From: Chthoniobacteraceae bacterium
GTDB taxonomy: Bacteria; Verrucomicrobiota; Verrucomicrobiia; Chthoniobacterales; Chthoniobacteraceae
Length of the DNA stretch: 21,888 nt
Reading direction: 5' to 3'
NCBI GenBank assembly: GCA_037190965.1
Contig: JBBCKI010000052.1
Location: forward strand, 1-21,888
Of this stretch, positions 16,457 through 21,888 are shown piece after piece (position 1 is the stretch's first letter; every line of letters begins with the position of its first letter). The notes under the pieces are model-generated. The model ran no database searches, was not told the DNA's origin, and saw only the letters and a program-made list of their open reading frames with translations. Both the position numbers and the translations under genes were made by a program.

Positions 16457-16847
16457 AAAACCGGAGTTCCTTGGATTGTTCCCCCTGCGGCGCGGTCCAG
16501 ATCGCTTGCAGGGTTACGACGTAAAGGCCGGTGAGCATCTCGTTGTTTTCGTTTTCGAGATCCAACTTTTCCCGGGACTGTCGCAGGATGATCCCCGCAA
16601 AGCGGCCTTCGAGTTTATCTTCCTTCGCGGCATCTTCCACCGTGATGGCTCCCCCTTCGATTTCCGCCATCCGGTTCTCCAGTACCAGCCGGGCGCGCTG
16701 GTCCTGCGTTTTGATGATCTCCGCGTCGATGCAGTGGTTGAGGCAGCGCGCCAGCACCAGCACGCCCAGGGCGAACACGGCCACGCCGACCATCGTTTCG
16801 AGGAGGAGGAAGCCGCCGCGGCGGCTTCGGGGTGAGGGACTATTCAT
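16437..16847 (-). CDS. gspI: Type II secretion pseudopilin, GspI-like
   Basis: Prepilin motif G|FLLLETM, A.LVLENRMAE, 136 aa. Symbol assigned partly by gene order. Confidence 0.75.
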   Translation of the reverse strand: MNSPSPRSRRGGFLLLETMVGVAVFALGVLVLARCLNHCIDAEIIKTQDQRARLVLENRMAEIEGGAITVEDAAKEDKLEGRFAGIILRQSREKLDLENENNEMLTGLYVVTLQAIWTAPQGEQSKELRFYVYSAE

Positions 16848-17346
16848 GGCTCACCTCCGCCTGGGCCGTAAACGGGTTGTAGGTCGCGGTCCACGCGCCG
16901 CCTTTGCCTTTGAAGGTCACCGTGGCGGGTTCGCACGCACCCGCAGGCCAGAACGTCCAGATGGAATCGGGGTTCTTTTTCAGGGCGGCAGGAAGATCGA
17001 GTGTGATTGAATCACCTTTCTCCAATGTCAGATGCATCGCCTCTTCGTCATCATCGGCCCCGTCGGCCTGCATCGTCACGCCTTCACCCGTCCAAAGGAG
17101 CACATACGGTCTGCGCTCCTCGATGCTCCGGGATCGCGCTTCCTGAACCAGGCCGTTGAAGGTCTCAAAGGTGGCCTTCCCTTTTTTCTCGTCGAAAAGC
17201 CCGCTTAAGCTCGGCACCGCGGCGGCGACGATCAATAGCGCAATGAAGACCGCCAGGCAGATCTCCAGCAAGGTGAAGCCGCTACAATGCTGACGGCGTC
17301 CAGACCGCCCGGGCGGGAAATGAGAAGCGTGGGAGCGGGGCGACAT
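16840..17346 (-). CDS. gspH: Type II secretion pseudopilin, GspH/FimT-like
   Basis: Prepilin motif G|FTLLEIC...AVPSL, EARSRSI and TFWPAG. First gene of the operon; symbol assigned partly by gene order. Confidence 0.75.
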   Translation of the reverse strand: MSPRSHASHFPPGRSGRRQHCSGFTLLEICLAVFIALLIVAAAVPSLSGLFDEKKGKATFETFNGLVQEARSRSIEERRPYVLLWTGEGVTMQADGADDDEEAMHLTLEKGDSITLDLPAALKKNPDSIWTFWPAGACEPATVTFKGKGGAWTATYNPFTAQAEVSHE

Positions 17347-17378
17347 CGGGGGTGAAACGAAGTGGGTTGACGACTGCT

Positions 17379-17406
17379 ATGGTATCGCGAAAGTGACAGC
17401 ACGCAA
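17379..17406 (-). promoter_or_regulatory. Possible promoter for the gspH-M operon
   Basis: Minus strand reads TTGCGT-16 bp-TACCAT, ~32 nt upstream of the gspH ATG. Confidence 0.3.
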
Positions 17407-17527
17407 ACCTGCACTTGTTTTACCGACGAGAAAGGTGCTCATTGACACATATTTGCCCCCTCATCTGCCCGATGCCAAAAATTCCCCGCAACCAACCCCT
17501 CCTTCCGGAGTTATCACTCTCTTGAAT

Positions 17528-19960
17528 ATGAGCGTGCGCCCCACCCTTCGCCTGGTTTCCATCGTCCCCCTTGCTGTATTGGCGGCCTCGGCTCCCCTTC
17601 AAGCCCAAGAAGAATCGACCAATCCCGCGCCTTCGGAAGCGGTTCCCGCCCCTTCGGGAGAAGCCCGCCCTGCTTTGCCTCCGGCGCGGCCCCGCGGCTT
17701 GCGCCCGCAGCCGGAGCAGGCCTCCGCCCCGGGGCTGCGGGATGACGACGCGATCTCGAACATCCAGTTTCCCAACCCGGATGTGCGGGCCATCCTCGCT
17801 TTCTATGAACAACTGACCGGGAAGCAGACGATCTATGACAACACCGTGCAGGGGCAGGTGAACATCGTCGTCAACCGCCAGGTCTCGCGGGACGAAGCAG
17901 TTCGCATTATCGAGACGGCGCTCCTCATCAACGGGTTCAACCTCGTGCCCGGGCCGGGAAATATCGTCAAGGTGATTGGCAGCACGAAGAACGCGCGGCA
18001 GTACGCGGTGCCGATTCTTTCGGATATCCGGGATCTTCCCGAGAACGACCATATCATCTCGTTTCTATTCAAGCTTGAGTATGCGGACCCGACGGAGGTC
18101 CAGCAGGCAATCTCGCAGTACGTCGCCCCTTCGCCCTACACCGTCTTCGTGCCGCTGCCCAAATCGCAGTCGTTGATCGTGACGGAAAGCTCCAACGTGG
18201 TGCGGCAGATCATCCGCGTGGTGGAGGCGCTCGATCAGCCTCCCGCGGAGGTGGTAAGCGAGTTCATCTCGCTGGAGCGGGCCGACGCGAAGGACATCGT
18301 GGAGAAGCTTACGGTGATGTTCGAGAAGCAGCCGAGTTCGACCGGCGCGACCAATGCTCCCCAGTCGCCGTCGTATCCTCCTCCCCCCAACTGGGCACCG
18401 CCCGTTCCTGGTCCCGGCGGCGAGCCCGGGCAACAACAGCCCAACGCCACGGGGCAGGGCCAGGGCCCCGCTAGTGTCACGCTTTCCGAGGATTCCCTCA
18501 TTATCGGCAAGATCAAGATCACCGCCGATATTCGCACGAACCGCATCCATGTCGTCACGCGGCCGATCAATATGCCGTTCGTTCGGCGGCTGGTCGCGGA
18601 GTATGACTCCAACATCTCTTTTGGAGAGCCCTCCAAGCGGACGCTGCGATTTGTAGCCGCAGGGGAGGTGCTTGACGTTGTCGTCTCGGCCATTACTGAG
18701 CCGGGAGTCAAGGTGGAGGAGGGGAATGCGAGTGGGACGAGCGGGCGAAGCAGCAGCGGGGCTACCGTCTCCAGAGGCAATGTCGTTAACCAAAATGGAA
18801 ATAACGGCGGTTCGGTTTCGCTTGGAGCCGAAGAGTTGAGCACCAAGGAAGTCGATACCATGCCTGAATCCCGCACCGTCGGCGGCACGCGCATCATCGC
18901 CGACAAGCGGGCCAACGCGATCATTGTGCTGGGCAACCAGGAGGTGAAGGACAAGATCTTCCGCGTGCTCGACCAGATCGATGTCCGCGCGCCGCAGGTG
19001 ATGCTGACCGCCGTGATTGGCGAGTTGACGCTGAATGATGATGAAGAGTTCGGGGTCGATTACATCCAGAGCCTCGGCCGCTCGTTGACCACTACGGGGA
19101 CTGGGGGCACCACCACCGTGACCACCAATCCGGCCACCGGGTTTGCGGGAATCTCGCGGAACACCGGGGTCCCGATCACCGATCTGGCAAACCTCGTTTC
19201 CGCCACCTCCCTGGCGAGCGCCGGGGCGACGGGCGGCTTTACCGGGTTCATCGGCGCCACAAAATCGCTGGAGATCATTGTTCACGCCCTGGAATCCACG
19301 GGGCGTTTCCGCATTACCTCGCGACCGATGGTTTTCACCAGTAATAACAAACAGGCAATCATTGCCTCCGGGCAGGAGATCGCCATTCCCGGTGTCACCA
19401 CAAGCGGTTATACGGGGGGAGATACCCTGACGACCCAGTCCAGCGTTCAGTACAAGGAAGTTGATTTGAAACTGGAGGTGATGCCGCTGATCAACTCCGA
19501 CCGCGAAGTGACGCTCGATATCGTGCAGGAAGTCAATAGCGTCAGCGGCTCCACGGTAATCAGCGGCAACGTCATCCCGACGATTGCCCGGCGTCGTATC
19601 AAAACCAACGTGACCGTAGCCAACGAAGCCACCATCGTCCTTGGAGGTCTTGTGCAGGAGAGCAAGGATAACAGCAGATCCGGCATTCCCGTGCTCAGCC
19701 GGATTCCGGTGCTGGGATCGCTCTTTGGCAACAAGAAGAAGACAACCAAGCGTACCGAATTGGTCGTCCTCCTTCGCCCGACTGTGACCTACGGCACCAC
19801 GGAGGCCGTGACCGCCGGGGAGCGCGTCCAGGAGGGGCTCGACTTTCCGCCTGACCTTGAAGCGACGCTCGACCCGCCCGGGATGCGGGTGAACGCCAAT
19901 CCGCCCGCGAACAATAAGCGCGCCTCCAAGGCGAAACCGCAGCTTCGCTCCAATCGATAG
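17528..19960 (+). CDS. gspD: Type II secretion secretin GspD
   Basis: Signal peptide from ATG 17528, N-domain repeats (LEYADP, LERADA, ADKRANAIIV), QVMLTAVIGE, and secretin motif GIPVLSRIPVLGSLF...RTELVVLLRP; 810 aa. Confidence 0.95.
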   Translation: MSVRPTLRLVSIVPLAVLAASAPLQAQEESTNPAPSEAVPAPSGEARPALPPARPRGLRPQPEQASAPGLRDDDAISNIQFPNPDVRAILAFYEQLTGKQTIYDNTVQGQVNIVVNRQVSRDEAVRIIETALLINGFNLVPGPGNIVKVIGSTKNARQYAVPILSDIRDLPENDHIISFLFKLEYADPTEVQQAISQYVAPSPYTVFVPLPKSQSLIVTESSNVVRQIIRVVEALDQPPAEVVSEFISLERADAKDIVEKLTVMFEKQPSSTGATNAPQSPSYPPPPNWAPPVPGPGGEPGQQQPNATGQGQGPASVTLSEDSLIIGKIKITADIRTNRIHVVTRPINMPFVRRLVAEYDSNISFGEPSKRTLRFVAAGEVLDVVVSAITEPGVKVEEGNASGTSGRSSSGATVSRGNVVNQNGNNGGSVSLGAEELSTKEVDTMPESRTVGGTRIIADKRANAIIVLGNQEVKDKIFRVLDQIDVRAPQVMLTAVIGELTLNDDEEFGVDYIQSLGRSLTTTGTGGTTTVTTNPATGFAGISRNTGVPITDLANLVSATSLASAGATGGFTGFIGATKSLEIIVHALESTGRFRITSRPMVFTSNNKQAIIASGQEIAIPGVTTSGYTGGDTLTTQSSVQYKEVDLKLEVMPLINSDREVTLDIVQEVNSVSGSTVISGNVIPTIARRRIKTNVTVANEATIVLGGLVQESKDNSRSGIPVLSRIPVLGSLFGNKKKTTKRTELVVLLRPTVTYGTTEAVTAGERVQEGLDFPPDLEATLDPPGMRVNANPPANNKRASKAKPQLRSNR

Positions 19961-19974
19961 GACAATAGGACGGC

Positions 19975-21678
19975 ATGCAACGGAACTCCCTCGTCGAAAT
20001 TCTGCTGGCCAGCGGTCTGGAAGACCGCGCCGAAGCCGAGGTGCTGGCCGCGCAACGGACGCCCGGCGAATCGTGGACGGCCACGGTGCTCAATTCAGGC
20101 AAGGTGGATGAACTCAAGTTCACCCACCGGCTCGGCGAGCTTTTCAATACCCCTGTGGAGCCCCTGAACGTCGGGCGGATTGAGCGCGCGGTGCTATCCT
20201 CGCTCCCCAGCCGTTTCGTGTTCAAGCATCACATCCTCCCGCTATCGCTGGAGGATGGGACGCTCAGGCTAGCCACTTACGACGGGTTCAACACGGTGGC
20301 CCGGCGCCTGGCTAGTCAACTGGCCGAGGGTAAAAAGATCGAGTGGGTGCTTTCCCCTCGCACTCAGCTTCTGCGCGCCATCAAGTCGGTCTACGGCGTC
20401 GGCGCGGAGACCTTTGAGGAACTGCTCCAGAATACCCGCGCGCTCGACGCGGCGGATCAGGATGCCGCCACCGATCTCAATGCCGACGATCCCGAGGCGA
20501 GCGTCGTCAAATTCGTCAACCAGATCATCCGCGAGGCGTTGTTCGAACGCGCCACCGATATTCACGTCGAACCTCTGGAGAACGACCTTCGCATTCGTTA
20601 CCGGATCGACGGCATTCTGCACGAAGTCGCCGTTCCTCCGCAGCTCCGGATGCTGCAATCGGCCATCATCTCGCGTCTCAAGGTGATGGCTCATATGGAC
20701 ATCGCGGAAAAGCGGTTGCCGCAGGATGGCCGCATCAACCTCCAGCAAGGCGGCACGGCCATCGACGTGCGTGTTTCCACGATTCCCACCGTCACGGGCG
20801 AAAGCATCTCGCTGCGTCTCCTCAACCGCGATGAGACCCGCAAGTTCGGGTTTGAGCGGCTCGATCTCAGCCCCGCTCACGCCGAACTGGTGAAGACGCT
20901 TCTCGCCGAGCCCAACGGGATTATTCTTGTCACCGGGCCGACTGGTTCGGGTAAATCGACCACGCTCTATTCGTTTCTCTCCGCGATCAACTCGGTGGCG
21001 CGACGCATCGTGACGATTGAGGAGCCGGTGGAATACCGGCTGCCCGGCGTCTCCCAGATCGACGTGAAGCCCGAGATCGGCCTCACCTTTGCCAACGGCC
21101 TGCGCGCCATCCTGCGGCAAGACCCGAACGTCGTGATGGTCGGTGAAATTCGTGACGTGGAGACGGCGGAGATCGCCATTCGCGCCGCCATGACGGGGCA
21201 CCTTGTCTTTTCCACGCTGCATACCAACGACGCCGTCGGCGGCATCACGCGTCTGCTCGATATGAATATCGAGCCGTTCCTGGTTGCCTCCGTCGTGCGC
21301 GCCTTTATCGCCCAGCGCCTCGTGCGAACCGTTTGCAATGATTGTGCCGGGTGGGCGGAATACCCCGAAGACTATCTGCGCGAGATCGGTTGCCCCATCC
21401 CGCCGAATCACAAGTTCCGCAAGGGCAAAGGGTGCGAGAACTGTCGCCACACCGGCTACCAGGGCCGGACAGCCATCTACGAGTTCTGCCGCATCAACCA
21501 GCCGCTACGCAACCTCATCGTTCAAAAGGCGACGGGTAGCGATTTGAAGAATCGCGCCACGGTCGACGGAATGCTCACGCTTCGTCAGGACGGCTGGAGA
21601 CGCGTGCTCGCGGGGCAGACCACGGTGGAAGAGGTCCTGCGCGTCACGCAGAACGACGAAGTGCTGGCTGAGGAGTAA
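19975..21678 (+). CDS. gspE: Type II secretion ATPase GspE (GspE/PulE/PilB family)
   Basis: ATDIHVEP, EKRLPQDGR, Walker A GPTGSGKST, LRQDPNVVMVGEIRD, TGHLVFSTLHTN and a CxxC..CxxC zinc motif. Confidence 0.96.
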   Translation: MQRNSLVEILLASGLEDRAEAEVLAAQRTPGESWTATVLNSGKVDELKFTHRLGELFNTPVEPLNVGRIERAVLSSLPSRFVFKHHILPLSLEDGTLRLATYDGFNTVARRLASQLAEGKKIEWVLSPRTQLLRAIKSVYGVGAETFEELLQNTRALDAADQDAATDLNADDPEASVVKFVNQIIREALFERATDIHVEPLENDLRIRYRIDGILHEVAVPPQLRMLQSAIISRLKVMAHMDIAEKRLPQDGRINLQQGGTAIDVRVSTIPTVTGESISLRLLNRDETRKFGFERLDLSPAHAELVKTLLAEPNGIILVTGPTGSGKSTTLYSFLSAINSVARRIVTIEEPVEYRLPGVSQIDVKPEIGLTFANGLRAILRQDPNVVMVGEIRDVETAEIAIRAAMTGHLVFSTLHTNDAVGGITRLLDMNIEPFLVASVVRAFIAQRLVRTVCNDCAGWAEYPEDYLREIGCPIPPNHKFRKGKGCENCRHTGYQGRTAIYEFCRINQPLRNLIVQKATGSDLKNRATVDGMLTLRQDGWRRVLAGQTTVEEVLRVTQNDEVLAEE

Positions 21679-21702
21679 GAGATTTTTATGGATGATGGAG
21701 CA

Positions 21703-21768
21703 GATAATCACGCTCTCCTTTTCCTGCTTGTCGTGGACGACAAGCAGGAAAAGGAGAGCGTGATTATC
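21703..21768. repeat. Perfect 32-bp inverted repeat with a 2-nt spacer
   Basis: GATAATCACGCTCTCCTTTTCCTGCTTGTCGT (21703-21734) + GG + ACGACAAGCAGGAAAAGGAGAGCGTGATTATC (21737-21768), which is the exact reverse complement. Confidence 0.97.
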
Positions 21769-21888
21769 ACCATTCTGTCAAGAAAATCCGTAGACAGACA
21801 CGCAAGCTTCCATGGAGGAACGAATGTGAAGGGAATAGTTGAGTTTATAGATTTGACCAGCAGAGGTTGATGGCGGTATGCCTTTAAG

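Noticed and set aside
21703..21768. Hairpin as a definite retron msd, protelomerase site or intrinsic terminator
   Set aside because: There is no RT or protelomerase gene in the window, no identifiable msr or a1/a2 repeats, the centre (GG) is not symmetric, and there is no U-tract. These remain hypotheses only.
21776..21803. TGTCAAGAAAATCCGTAGACAG as an IS terminal repeat
   Set aside because: It is only loosely IS-end-like, with no partner repeat or transposase visible.
21688..21870. 60-aa ORF after gspE
   Set aside because: It reads straight through the perfect palindrome and does not resemble GspF or any family I recognise, so it is not called as a CDS.

Overview
GC-rich bacterial chromosomal segment. 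The gene repertoire suggests Verrucomicrobia/PVC; this is an inference, no search was run. In order: the 3' end and right inverted repeat of an ISL3-family IS, tRNA-Arg(CCG), a Gfo/Idh/MocA oxidoreductase, a stand-alone flavin-dependent halogenase-like gene, tRNA-Asp(GTC), an S41 C-terminal processing protease, an MBL-fold hydrolase, a GH1-like glycosidase, dnaE, a small hypothetical gene, and a divergent type II secretion locus (gspH-I-J-K-L-M on minus, gspD-gspE on plus; no gspF, G, C or O in the window). The intergenic DNA holds three different palindromic miniature elements: a TA-flanked ~170 bp MITE, a GTAG-type REPIN-like element (two full copies plus one partial inverted copy), and one CCAAGACGC/GCGTCTTGG REP doublet. 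The oddest signal is a perfect 32-bp-arm inverted repeat in a low-GC (~45%) tail right after gspE. No complete novel system can be demonstrated from this window alone.
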